Positions 25,901 through 38,400 of a stretch of 64,000 nt of DNA are shown here, in pieces. Numbering within the stretch: position 1 is the first letter of the stretch; each line of letters opens with the position of its first letter. The notes under the pieces are model-generated. The model did not search any database, was not told the DNA's origin, and was given only the letters and a program-made list of their open reading frames with translations. The stretch comes from Ascidiella aspersa (lineage: Eukaryota), in contig OZ004608.1 in the NCBI GenBank assembly GCA_963924565.1, positions 9,424,001 through 9,488,000 on the forward strand. Reading direction: 5' to 3'. Both the position numbers and the translations under genes were made by a program.

Positions 25901-25984
25901 TCCTTACTTTGTAAAATAGAGGAAGAAGAGGATGAAAGTAAGAGTCTCTCCAATGATGAAGATGACGCCATGGAGACTTCGTGA
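22919..25984 (+). CDS. THOC7: THO complex subunit 7, 201 aa; exons 22919-22937, 23124-23238, 24163-24277, 24585-24739, 24922-25058, 25920-25984
   Basis: MTTASDDDVIRRRLLIDGDGGGDERRLNALMKLFIKWCN...ARLVRKNRQQYDALA...KLDLRKKQFHALLTSIYQLQ; phases compatible; AATAAA at ~26393. Confidence 0.96.
23388..23492. repeat. Short compound tandem duplication in THOC7 intron 2
   Basis: aaaataatcccagctgtgctg three times; ctcttatttaaatttctt twice. Confidence 0.85.
24043..24138 (-). mobile_element. Decayed tRNA-derived (SINE-like) sequence with a poly-T run
   Basis: Minus strand has TTTAGTTGATAGAGCA (A-box-like) and GGTTGTAAGTTTGCACCTCACCGG (B-box-like), followed by ~19 T. Confidence 0.45.
25105..25895. repeat. 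Foldback / inverted-repeat family, three arms in THOC7 intron 5; related fragments at ~12220-12360, ~30065-30140, ~34195-34280
   Basis: Shared motifs gaattgcaaagccaaaaaggtcga, cgtcttaatcaa and acagatc.gtgcatagtg.acc occur in both orientations. Confidence 0.8.
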
Positions 25985-27120
25985 ACTTCCTGTTCGGAAA
26001 ACTGCTTTCCTCTTTCCAAGTTGCCTTCTGCACTGGCGGATCAATGTACTGGACTTCATTCAGCATTGATTTTCGTTCCTAGGCCATTTGACTATAGAAA
26101 AAACGCTGTATGTTTTTTCGGTCGACAAAAGTTTGCTTTGAGAAAACAAGTTCGTTGCGGTTTTACGTAACAACCTGGATAATTTCATCATCCTAATTAA
26201 CATAGTGCTCTGCAGTTGCTGTTCAAATGACGTTTCGTTCCAGCAGAGTTCAACAGCCATCCGAAAGTACGAAAACGCCTTCTCGTGCCTAACTAAGATT
26301 TTTTAGGATAATTAATGATAACCTTTACATCCATTTTACGGGCCATGATAGCCACATTTTGTCTTACGCTTTTTTTTCTTGTGTTTAACTGTAATAAAAA
26401 CTGTAACAAATTGTAACATTTTTGCATGAATTGTTCTTTTCTATCGGTTTTACAAATTAACACCAAACATTTTTTTCACTACGAATCGTTGCATCCGCAG
26501 AGGGGCGCTATGGGGCCAGTTACATCTGTAGAAAACTATATTTTAATCAGTCGTTAAAAAGTGGAGATTGAGTCGAATGCACGAAAACTGTAAATGATAT
26601 AAAAGACACGTCACATTGCTGCATGTTTAATTTTCCTTATTTTTGCGTTTCGTTAGTTCCCGAAACAATGACGGCCTTAAAAGTTACGAAGTATTTCTTT
26701 TATTATTACGTGTGAGTTACCAACTCGGCCAAAATTCAGAAAATAAAGAGTATACAATAGGTGGAAGTAAAATTTACTGGTCTTTTTTATCCTTAATTGT
26801 ATTAAGGCAGTAGATATCGGCTCAAGAATGGTCATCAATGCAGAACTCTTGGAACATTTATTTTTGGCTCTTAACTCTGCCTTTAATAAGCTCGAATACT
26901 GGCATTTTTTCTCAGCTTGTAAATAAAGCCATGACAACTAGAGTCGTTTTTAAAATATTCGTACAATATTCAAAAATAGACCGCCCCTTTACCGAAACTT
27001 TTTGCGTTGCTGTGTCTCGTTATTGTCTTTCTTTTATGTAAGTGCTATAAACTTTCCCATGTAAAGTTACACCCATTCTTATATGACAGGACCTTCGCGT
27101 TGGCCTGAAGACGCATTTGA

Positions 27121-27592
27121 CAGACTTGGACAACTAGATAATTCTAGCTTTCTAATTCATTGAATTAGAGCAAAATGCGGCTAATTCTACTTCTAATCTT
27201 ATTTGTGAATTCATTGTTTGCTCTAATTCTAGTTCTAATCTAATTTGGATTTTACCAAAAATGCTACTTTGTCCAACGGCATTTTTTTTTTTAATTAGCA
27301 GACACATATTTACCATTCACGTTCTTATAAGAATAAATTGTGATTAAATTAAATTGGTTGTAAAAACTAAATGTGATTCTAGTTCAAATTTGATTTTTTA
27401 GGAATTCGGTAATTCTAATTCTAATCTAATTTGAAAAAAACTCAAAACGATCTAATTCTAATTCTAATATAATTTGGAAAGACTAAAATGGTCTAATTTT
27501 AATTGTAATCTAATTTGGAAAAACTAAAATGCTCTAATTTTAATTCTAATCTAATTTTAAAAAGCTAAAATAAATCTAGTTGTCCAAGTCTG
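27121..27592. mobile_element. MITE with 18-bp TIRs and internal CTAATT(C/T)TAATCTAATTT repeats
   Basis: TIR CAGACTTGGACAACTAGA / TCTAGTTGTCCAAGTCTG; degenerate 8-bp TSD gcatttga/gcttttgg. Confidence 0.8.
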
Positions 27593-29487
27593 GCTTTTGG
27601 TACGTGATGGGTATTTTCTGGAAGAATTTACAGCTTAATCTTCGACGTAGCATTATAGGAGGCCGCCAAAGGTTTATAAGCCCATTGTTGGCGAATACAG
27701 TCAGTGGCAGTGCAATGTTGTTAAAACACAGATGCAAAATAGCTTTTCGAAGTGCGACTTCAAGATTAATGATAGTTATATGCAAGGCTGGCTTAACCAT
27801 TAGGCAAAATAAACACACACTTAGGGCACCACATAAATTCCATAGCCGAATTTCCAATAGTGCCTTAGTGTTTGTTGAAATATATCGAGTTAGTCAGACG
27901 ACTCGGACCTCATTAGTATAGCCGCTCGAAATGCATTTCTGCTTATTTTTACTTTAAAGTATCATCAAACCTCTATATTTTTTAACAATAATATCTTTTG
28001 TGGTTTAATATGCTTATATTTTGAATGACATATCTAGAGCACCAAAATCTTAAGTGCTTAAGGCTTTTAAAATGTAGGCTCACTATCCGGCCCTGGTCTT
28101 ATGTAGGCTATAGTAAATGCGTGGGAACATATAACTTAATGTGTTACTGGTACGTCGCCATTACCAGCGCATTAATTCAAAAGGAAAACTAGTTCAGTTT
28201 TACTGCAAGAGCTAGCAAATATGTTGTGAATTTGATAAACTTTGATTTTTGAAAAAAAAACGTTTGAAAACACGCTACTTTTCTCGGTCAGTCCTGTAAC
28301 CAAAATGATTTGAACGTACCAGACTCGAAAGACAGGAGTTTTAAAGGCGCCCTGCTTTTCCAAATGCGTTAAAATGAATGCAAAAATAATCGCACTTTGA
28401 TACACATTATAGGGAAACTTTAGCACTGTAAGTAAAGGATGTGTTCAATAGATTTAAACGACAAAAGTAACGACAACCATTGATTGTCTTATAAAATTTC
28501 AAAGAGCTAACCGAAAACATCTATCAACTTACGAGGTATATTTTTATTGACATAGTTTTGATTTTTTTAAGGTGCCATTCAGTAAACACCCGAAGTTGGT
28601 CAGATAGTCGCAGTCCTTATTCACGTAGCAGGAACGCTCGGAATTTTGATATCCGCTAATGCATTGTGGGCGAACACGGTCTCGCGTTTCACCTCGGCAA
28701 AGGTCGCGAGACGACGCGGACATTTAAAGTTATGATTCGTCCGAACGATTGGCGTTAAACAAAGGCCCACGGGCCACCCCTTTGCGCGCAGTTTGTGAGG
28801 ACAACGCTCCGGTTTCGTTTTTCCGTCACCCAACACGGCCTTCCGTGCTTAGGTACCTTGTAGAACGCAGCGTATAGAAATTGAAGTCAATAATATCTCC
28901 GGCGCGTCCCGAAATATTCAGGTTAATTGCTCCTCGGGCATATTCTCAAGTCCTGAAGAAAGTACAGCCATTAAAACAGTGAAAAAGGGCGACAAAAATT
29001 TACTTTTAGCCTATTTAAACCGTATAGCCTAAAAGTATTTTTTAGGAAAGGAAAATCTATTGCAGACTTGTCGTAAAATATTCAAATTTCATCAAACCTT
29101 TTTTCCTAGTTCTTTAGCTTATTTTTAAAAAGTATTTTGTGTGAATATATATTAGGGAAATCAATTTGAGAATCAACCACATGCTGAATATGATTTAAAA
29201 TTTAGGTCTTTTTCATAATTTAAGCAAGGAATACAGGCTTTTTCTGACAGAACAAATAAAAAGGCAGTATGGAAATTAGTTGTATCCTTATAGGTTATTG
29301 GGAAGCTTACTTTATAGGGTTAACAGGTGTACAAAACGCTTACCTTTTTTACAACATACAGATTCATTTTTTTATCAATTTACAGAACGGTCGAGCAGCA
29401 ACAAATGGCTGTCTAGAAATGTAGAAAATATTCTGTTCGTAGCTGAAAACCATTTCAAGCCATGTTTATCTGAATACGCCCATAATC

Positions 29488-32400
29488 ATGGCCAGAAGGG
29501 TGGTTCGGAAGATTGCGAACCCGTGGTGTTCGTTTGGCACGAAGCGACGCCGATTATGGAGGTTAAACTTTAGGTTTTTTGTCGTCATATGCGTCTTGGC
29601 TACCCTGACTGTCGTCACGGTAAAATTTGGGGAAGAATCGTCAATTTCCACGGATACTTTGAAGCCGAATCTTGTCCAGCAAAGGTTGCTCAGTCTACAG
29701 GTAACACACTTTGGAATGCCAGAGGCTAAATTCAACTGTATGATTAATGAGAAATATATATTGGGTTTAAATCCCATGCTAGACTTTTTTAAATGCTATT
29801 ATTTGTCTTGTAATTTTACTCTCCCCTTTTATAAAGAGCTTTGTTTTCTAACGACTGGAAGGTAGGCCTATAAATCTAAACTAAAGTGAACACAAAGTTA
29901 AACAACGGAGTAAAGTTCGCCAGTGAAACTAATGTGTGTTGACTTGGTCGTATTTTTAAGTTTTTGGAGTGCACAAAGAAACTGGTTAAAAGCTGGCTGG
30001 GTTCTCAATCACTAATGGTTGGGAGAGTTAAGGGTGTACGTATTTTTAGCAATAAAAGTGTTACTTGGGTACACTATGCACAGATGTGTAATACAGCTTA
30101 AAAAAAATTTAAGGAAGAAGAATCGATACTTACTAGTATCATCATAAGTTATATTTGCTGACTATAATTCACATTCCCAGCGATAAGAATCGCGTTCAAC
30201 ATTTTCAAGGTAAAATTAAATGCATGCTGGCAGTCAGTAAATTCACTGACGATGATTGAAGTATATGTAGTCTTTCGTGTTACCGACATCCCAAAATACA
30301 AGCCTATATTGTTCCCCTTTTTTAAAGCCCGCTAGGCGCTGCCCATTTTAAATTCACCCAACCTGGTAACGTATCTAAACATCTTTCTCAAGACAAAGTT
30401 ACTTACTATTAAAATTAAAAAGTTAGTTTTCGGGTGCTTTTGAAATGCCAATGCGAACTGCCATATTTGGTATATAGGCTACAAATTTATAATGGACTGG
30501 GACACCACCACAAAGGTAAAAGCAAGAAACAAGAAATGTTCGCTTTTAATTTGTCCTATATTGATATCAAATTTCTTCTTTGTGTTACACCATATAATAT
30601 GAGCCTATTGTTCCTATTTTAAAAGCTCGCATTGCGCTACCTTTTCAAATAAACACAACCAAAGTCTTTATGTAAGTGTTAATGTTTCAGTACAGCAGTT
30701 GCAACAAAAGTACAAAAACACATGTGGATATCGTTATTTATTGAAAAAGTATTGTAGGCTACTTGATTTTTTTGTTGGTGCCTTGGATTTATAATTATTT
30801 TTAGTTGATAATTACTATAATTTTATTTTTGCCACCTTTTCGCTTATTGCAGTTTGGTTGCGATATTCAGATGAAATTTACGTAAGCATGATTTGTACAA
30901 ATGTTAACAATATTTAATCACAACTTTTAGCGAAGCTTCTCATAAAAAAAAAATTAAAATTAAGGGTCATTCCGCAAAAGCTTTATTGTGGCAATATTCT
31001 TTTTTCGACTACTTTGGGTAAATCAAGACAAACTTGGGTCAACCCTATTACATTTATTGTTGTTTTTTTTAATTTCACAAACACAAAAAAATACCGAAAA
31101 GGCTGAAGTAAGCTATCAGTAGGTTATCAACCAAACCAACTTAGTCAAACATTTTTAGGTTAAAGAAGGGTTTTTTTGAACTCTCTTTCGCCAAAAAAAA
31201 ATATATACGACTTTTTGTAACAGAACTGGCCGAAAAATATGACTTTCGTGATATAACCGGCTGACAAAAAAAATGCATCCCCCCACTGCGTTAAACAAGC
31301 ATGGCTGTAGGCTATAACCGGTTTGATAAAAACATTTATCTTACTTTCAGAGTAGAGCATTTGCGGAACGACGAAAGAGGAATCGAGTACAGAGTAAGAT
31401 CAAACATTTTTATGACTCAAATTCGCTTATTTATAAATTTTTTGTAGATAAACGTTTTCCGAAACAATTAAAATATGCTGTTTGAATATGCCTTACCTTT
31501 CCATTGCTAAAGTTTGCTTTATAATTTGCAGATGTGTCGTTAGTAGTTGATCCGTTCGCAACATCAGGTAACGAGTTCGTGTAGTCTTGTAATCAACAGT
31601 CTTTTACCTGCTTAAGCCAACAACTTGACTTAAGTGCACTTAAGTCGCTGTTTTTAAATAACTTGACTGGGTTTAAGTCTTTCGACCAAATGAATTGGGT
31701 TAAAAAAATGAGGTTTTTCATATAAAACGGTATGAGTATAAACATAAGGGTTAAGAAACAACTAACGTAACACACTTTTTATTTCATTCAGTTCAAGCAG
31801 ATGAGTGGAGAACGGCAGTCAGCGGTGACGGTAAGTCGATATGTATTGCAACATCTCAACTTCCGAGAACCTAAATATAATATACAAAGATCTAAATATA
31901 TTGTACAATCCAGGTAGGCTATTAACTTTTGTTGTCAAGGGAGCTTTTCAAATGAATCAAAACCTTTGCCAACCAAGTTTGCCATAATGTTCACCTGAGA
32001 GGCGAACCCATTAATTCCAACATAAACATTTTTAAAGGCCCACATTGTTTATTTGTCATTGCAATATATATAGTGAGTATATCGATTGTCAATGCAATAC
32101 CGTGCAAATGTAGCCTTTTGTTTTCAGTAGTTTATTAATGTGTTATAAGTAGGGCGATTATTTTTTGACCTAAAAAATAGGAAATTTTGACAAATTTTGA
32201 CCTAGAAATAATATATTTTGACAAAATTTTGACCTGTTAGAAATTTCATTCATTTAAATACCCTAGGCGTCGTTAATGACGCGTTTTTTATACCGTATAT
32301 TGCTCTAATAAAGATATAATGCGGTTAAAATGACTTTGAATATAAATCAAAACTAATTTTTTTGATAAAATTGAACGATAAATTTCAAAAGAACTAAACG

Positions 32401-35400
32401 ACCAATTTTAAAAGGCTGACTATAGTTTTTTAATTTTGTAAACGATTTATGTGCATTTTGATTGGATTTTGACTTGAAAATTTTTGATAAATTTTGACCT
32501 AACGTGTAAATTTTGACAAAATTTTGACTTTTTTTGACAAGTTATAAAATAATCGCCCTAGTTATAAGTGCCTTTTGGGGCATATTGTTTGGAGGTTTGA
32601 GTTAGACGTTGTATAGGAATATCAAAGTTTAATCGAAATGACCAAGTCAATCGTATTAAACAAAAATAATTTGATCGCCTTCGTTTATTATTTCGTATTA
32701 AACAAAATAATTTGATCGCCTACGTTTATTATTTCAGGGTCTGGATCCGGAACTTGTGACTGCTCAGGTAGGTTTAGAAATATCAATTAAGTAAACCAAT
32801 AGCAGTAAATAAACAATTATTCTACGGGCTCTGCTTGGTATGTTTTTATCTGGATCGCGAAGTATCGTTATAAATATATTCCACGCTTGGCATGCTAGGT
32901 CTAAAAAATATAAACTCTGTAAATGTGGAGAATTTTATTTTATTTATCCTTCTTTACCTTTCTTTAACCATAGAATCGCGTTGGTTGTTGCTTTTGCACA
33001 GACTGGGTTAAACTAATGTACCCAAATCAATAAAACGTTGGTGTTTTGGACTAACCAGGTAGTTGCTATTTTTTTTAAAGTTTGGGTATGTCTAATGCAA
33101 AAGGTTGTTACGCAAAATGTGACAAGTCTGACGTCAGATACCCTCTTCGCATAGCGCTAATGGCTGGTCATTTTGTTGTTTAGCAACTTCAGTTTCATCT
33201 GGTGCTGGAAGTGGCTCGGGTTCTACACGTGAGTAGGGTTTAGATCAGTGGTTCTCAACCTTTTTTCTTTCGTGGCCCATTTTCGTTGCACATAAATTCT
33301 GTGGCCCAATAAATTTTTATGAAAGAACGAATCATAAAAAAAGGTTTAGAACAAAAAAATAGCGGAGAATATATATAAACAGATTATTTATTCAACCGTG
33401 CTTTAGTGAGATATATACTTAGTGCTGAACAATAAAGTTACATTTCATTTAGATTGCTTCTTGATTCTTCCCCAAGCCATTATTCCTGTAAAATTAGGTA
33501 TAGTGACATAAATTAAACTAAATTCTTCAATAAATATAGCGGTCTGTGGCCCACCTAAAAAGTTTCCATGGCCCACCAGTGAGCCATGGCCCACTGGTTG
33601 AGAACTGCTGGTTTAGATGAATTCGCGATAATCGTGTTATGCCGTATTTTGCACTGGGTTAATTAGTTACCTTAACTGAAATTAAGGGTTTTCGTCGCCT
33701 TACATCGTTTAGGGATACATCGCAGGCCTTGAAACCAGGAAACAAGTTCATTAATTATATAAATTTCTGTGATTTCATGTACAATATCGTTAGGACAAAC
33801 CACATTGGGGATGTACATTACTTTCTATTTATTTTGATACTGATATTCGATATTTTGGGGTAAAATTTACTGCGATACAATCCGAAAATTTGTTTTGCTT
33901 TACGCTTTACGGGAAGCGTACATATATTTGATTTTTAATGTAACATTTTAACTAAAATATACAAATCAAAATCAAAAACTATACCAATAAGTAATGGACG
34001 AGTACCGACACTATAACTCGAAATCAGGTGTCGACCTAAATTCGATATTATTGTGCATCCTTTAACCACATTCACCTGTGCGTAGAAATACACGTTACTT
34101 TAACGACAAACCCTAACAGCTAATTATTTTTGATTAAAAAATGAAACTTAATGCATTACAATATGACCTGATAATGTATGGCAAAGCCAATTATAGTTTG
34201 AGTAAATCGACATCATCTTGCTAAACACCTTTCGATACGCACTTGTATAATTATTATTAGGTAATAATGTATCATCATAAGTTAATCAAAAGTGCCTATC
34301 ATAACGTCTTTTTTGCCACGACCCACTTGACTTTAACATTCATTATTGTCCTACATTATACAAATCACTGTATAGAGTAGGCCTACCAAATAAGTAACTT
34401 GTTTGCAATAATGTTTGTAAGAAAATGAAAAATACTTCTTAACAGCCTGTGTGTGTACAACAACAACTTCAACAACAACGACTACAACAACTACAGCTAA
34501 ACCAACAACAGCAGCAGCAACAGCAACAACAACAGCAACAATAACAACGACTCCAGGTGAGCTTGTGTGCATCGTAGAAGTAAAAAGCCCTTAAGGAAAG
34601 TTGCATGTTATAACGTTTTAAATGACATAATAAAATCGATGCTTGAATTATAATTCCTAACAAACGTTTTTTTTTATTTTAATAAAATTTAGCGTCATAC
34701 TTGTTTGCTATACAGTACAATAAACAATTTCTAAATGCCGTTTTCGAATTTGAAAGACCCCGATACAGTTAGTTAAGTATTTACTTACGGTTATACGGGA
34801 TAGATGATTTCTGTAAGCATTTCTTACCCCTTTCTATGTAAAGTATAATATTGGAAAGCGTGTGAAAGCCTTTGATTGCGCTTTAGTCAAAACCAGCATT
34901 GTTATACACCAAAAAATAAATTTTCTTAAGTCTACTGATAACATGACATTCCTTAAATTATATTTGGCAAGAGTTTTTGAACCACTAAAGAAATGTGAAC
35001 ATTTATTACCCTTCATTAAAAAGTGACGCCGACCCGTGAAGATTTTTTGTTCGCGTCGACCAGGGTCCGCATGGAATTTTTTAGAGATGACGTCGTTAAA
35101 CCAAGAGGCTTAACCAACTCTACATGCAGTTTATAAACGGGGTGTTGTGACAGAAAAGCCGAAAATACTTGTCCGAGCTTAAAATTTCGACAAACACAAC
35201 GCAATACTTTCCAGCAACAACTGTTCCGCCGGTGGTGACCAACGATCCTGACACTACCACGACGCAACCAGCAACCACGCAACCAGCAACCACCACAACC
35301 AGCACCACAACTGGTTCAGGGGATGGCGACGATTCTGGCATCACAATCGGTTTGCTCATTGGGGTGGCGGTCGGCGCTTTCGTGTTCGCAGTATTGATCT

Positions 35401-38400
35401 GCCTTGCGATCGGCTACGGCTGCTACAGATACTACAAGAAGAAGCGCGAGTCCTCTTACAAACTGACTGACGCCGTTGAGGAGAATTCCGGCGAGTTTAC
35501 GCCTCACGCGGTAAGTTGCAGGGGCCTGAGGTATCTTTGATTTCGCAAACCTCCACGCAAAACAAATCTGGAACAGGCCAAAACACATTTGGGGTGTCTT
35601 ATAATATCGGTTCGGTTATAGTAAAATCAATATTTTTTTCGTCTTGCAAACTGACCGACGCCGTCGAGGAAAATGCTGGCGAGTTACGCCTCACACCGTA
35701 AGTTGGAGTGGCCTGAATAAAGCTCCATTGAAGTTGTGTTGATGTAGTTTCACAAACGACCACGCGAGAAATCTGGAGCAGGAAAATACATATTAGGGAT
35801 GCCCCATAATATCGGATCGGAGTCGATGTGATAATATGCATACTCGTCCGATGCTCGGGTGGTGTCGTTTCTGATCTGATACCTACTTAATTTTTGCATT
35901 AGAGAGTGATTTGTTATACTATTTAGCTTAAACTAATAAACTATTTATTACTAGAAGGTAAACAATTATCTTAACTTTCTACAAAAGATGGTATAAAAAC
36001 TGATCAAAACAACTACATATTAACAGGGCTGATTGTGATTGTTGGTCAATGTGTTTAAATAACTGTGCGTTTCAGTAAACCATTGCAACTCCGCACTTAA
36101 AGTCTGGGATTAAAAATTACAAAAATCTGTCAAAAATAATGAAACGGTCCGCATAGAAATAATAATTACAGAAAAGTGGCACTTCCACCAAATTAGAAAT
36201 ACAAGACTAGTGGCGTTCTACAATTACGGGCATACTTGACGAGTATACTTTCGGCCACGCAACAAATTGCGTCTAAAAATATTTCCGATACCTAAAGAAT
36301 GAATTCTCCAACAGGACCAGCCCTCCGCCACCCTGGCGAACGTCTCAGCGAAAGAGGACCTTCTGAAGGATGCTCTGGGCATGGGAAGCATCTCGGTACT
36401 CACCTTCGCCATTCAGCAAGCAACTGCGTCTGGCCTTTTCACGGTGAATGACGCGCTTATGACCAAGGCACAGTCCAAGTAAGTAAAACATTTAACCCAA
36501 GTACAATGGTAGACCGGCGACTTATAAGGTGCAAAAACTCAAATTTCGTAACTTCTTGGCTTCTTTTGCGAAACGTGAAAAATCAATGACTTACGATAAA
36601 AACATTTTTTTGATACCTGTTTTGTTTACCCAAAGTACTTAGGGATAGTGCATATTGATTTCTGAGGGGCATTTAAATCGACGGACCTCATGTTTATAGC
36701 TAAGGGGAACATATGTGTGTAGAAGAAACGTGTTCCAAATGAGATCGGTTTAAACTTTAAACACTCAAGCATACATGTTTCGCGGTATATTAAGAAACTT
36801 GAAAAAAAAGATATAGTTTTACGGTAAAAATGACTTTGAATTTGTTTAGAACCGAGAACGCCTTTTCGTAGAAACACAGAGGAAGATATTGAGAGAAAAA
36901 TAAGGAGTACGGTACGGAGAGATAGATAGAGAAAGGAAAAGCAAAAAAGAGACGAAGAGACAAAAAGAGACAGAACGAGCAAGTGTACGAAAGAAAAAAA
37001 CAAGGAGAGAAAAGGGGAGATAAAAAACGAGAAACAGATAGAACGAGAGAAATATGAAAGAGAATAGAACGGAAGAAATGAGNNNNNNNNNNNNNNNNNN
37101 NNNNNNNNNNNNNNNNNNNNNNNNNNNNNNNNNNNNNNNNNNNNNNNNNNNNNNNNNNNNNNNNNNNNNNNNNNNNNNNNNNNNNNNNNNNNNNNNNNNN
37201 NNNNNNNNNNNNNNNNNNNNNNNNNNNNNNNNNNNNNNNNNNNNNNNNNNNNNNNNNNNNNNNNNNNNNNNNNNNNNNNNNNNNNNNNNNNNNNNNNNNN
37301 NNNNNNNNNNNNNNNNNNNNNNNNNNNNNNNNNNNNNNNTGAACGAAAAAGAAGAGAAAGACAGAGAAAACAGAGAGACCGACTAGTCACGAGAGAAATA
37401 GAGTCTTAACGATTTTATAGCTCTCACTGAATTCTCCTTAACCCAACCATTTTTGCGTTTGCAGGTTGAACGATTGGAGTCGAGCGCGCAATAAGTTGCA
37501 GGCGGCCTACGAGGCCAGGGACCTGGACGCCATCGAGGAAATGATGACGCGTTTCGCAGCGTTCGAGCTCAAGGACGAGACGGGAATCTACAGCAAATGC
37601 GCGGACCTCCTGCACGAAAGGAACTCGTGTAAGGCAGAGATGAGAGCGGCGGCCAACATGCGCAACGAAGACGCACTGGTGACCTCGATCGCAAAGTTCA
37701 GGTTCGGCTTTAACATTCGTTGGTATCAATTTTGGTGAAACTTAATGGAGGCGGTTGGCTGTATTTTCATCGATGAAACTGTATGTCAACGGTTTGACGT
37801 CATGTTAATATTGTTTTTCTGTAGGCCAAAAAATCAAAATAGAAAAACGAAAACTGTTAAAAGAACGTTGCGCACCCCTTGTTTAAATAAATATTCATAT
37901 TAAACATAGGTGCAGCATTCTGCTTCAACAGAGGAAAAACGCATGTTGTGCGCCAATTATGCAAACCTCAACGCGGTCGACTTTGATCGCCAAACTCATC
38001 AGCTTGTGGGTTAATTTTTCCAATTTAGAGCCTGCGTGGTTCATAAAGAGGCTGTACGTAAACACTGAACGCGCAATTATTTGCACAACCCAAACTCTGA
38101 TTTTTAAAACAAAGCAATACTTTGCCAATGCACTATTTTAAACTTTAAATTTGGAGCAAATTATTTTCTTTCAACGTCAGAACAACCTGTTTTTGTTTTT
38201 CGTCAGACAGTAAAATAATAATCAAGTCAGTTAGAAGAAAGATTTTTTTTTAACCATTAACTGTAAGCCCTTTTTGCATCAATTTTTATGTGAATCGTCT
38301 ATGTAGACGTTATGTAATAAATTCCTACCCCGTTTCTTACTTAAACTTCAGTTTAATAAAACGCTTGAATTTGCACTACATTAAAGACAAACGAAAGCTT

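Noticed and set aside
26677-26937. Possible hAT transposase fragment (ILEPISTALIQL)
   Set aside because: Resemblance is too short to support without a search.
27400-27580. CRISPR-like repeat array
   Set aside because: Eukaryotic context; degenerate AT-rich subterminal repeats inside a TIR-bounded MITE, with no unique spacers.
34469-34663. Poly-Cys ORF on the minus strand
   Set aside because: Antisense reading of the ACA/GCA poly-Thr exon.
36626-37390. 254-aa and 110-aa ORFs
   Set aside because: Artifacts of the N-gap and GA-rich low complexity.
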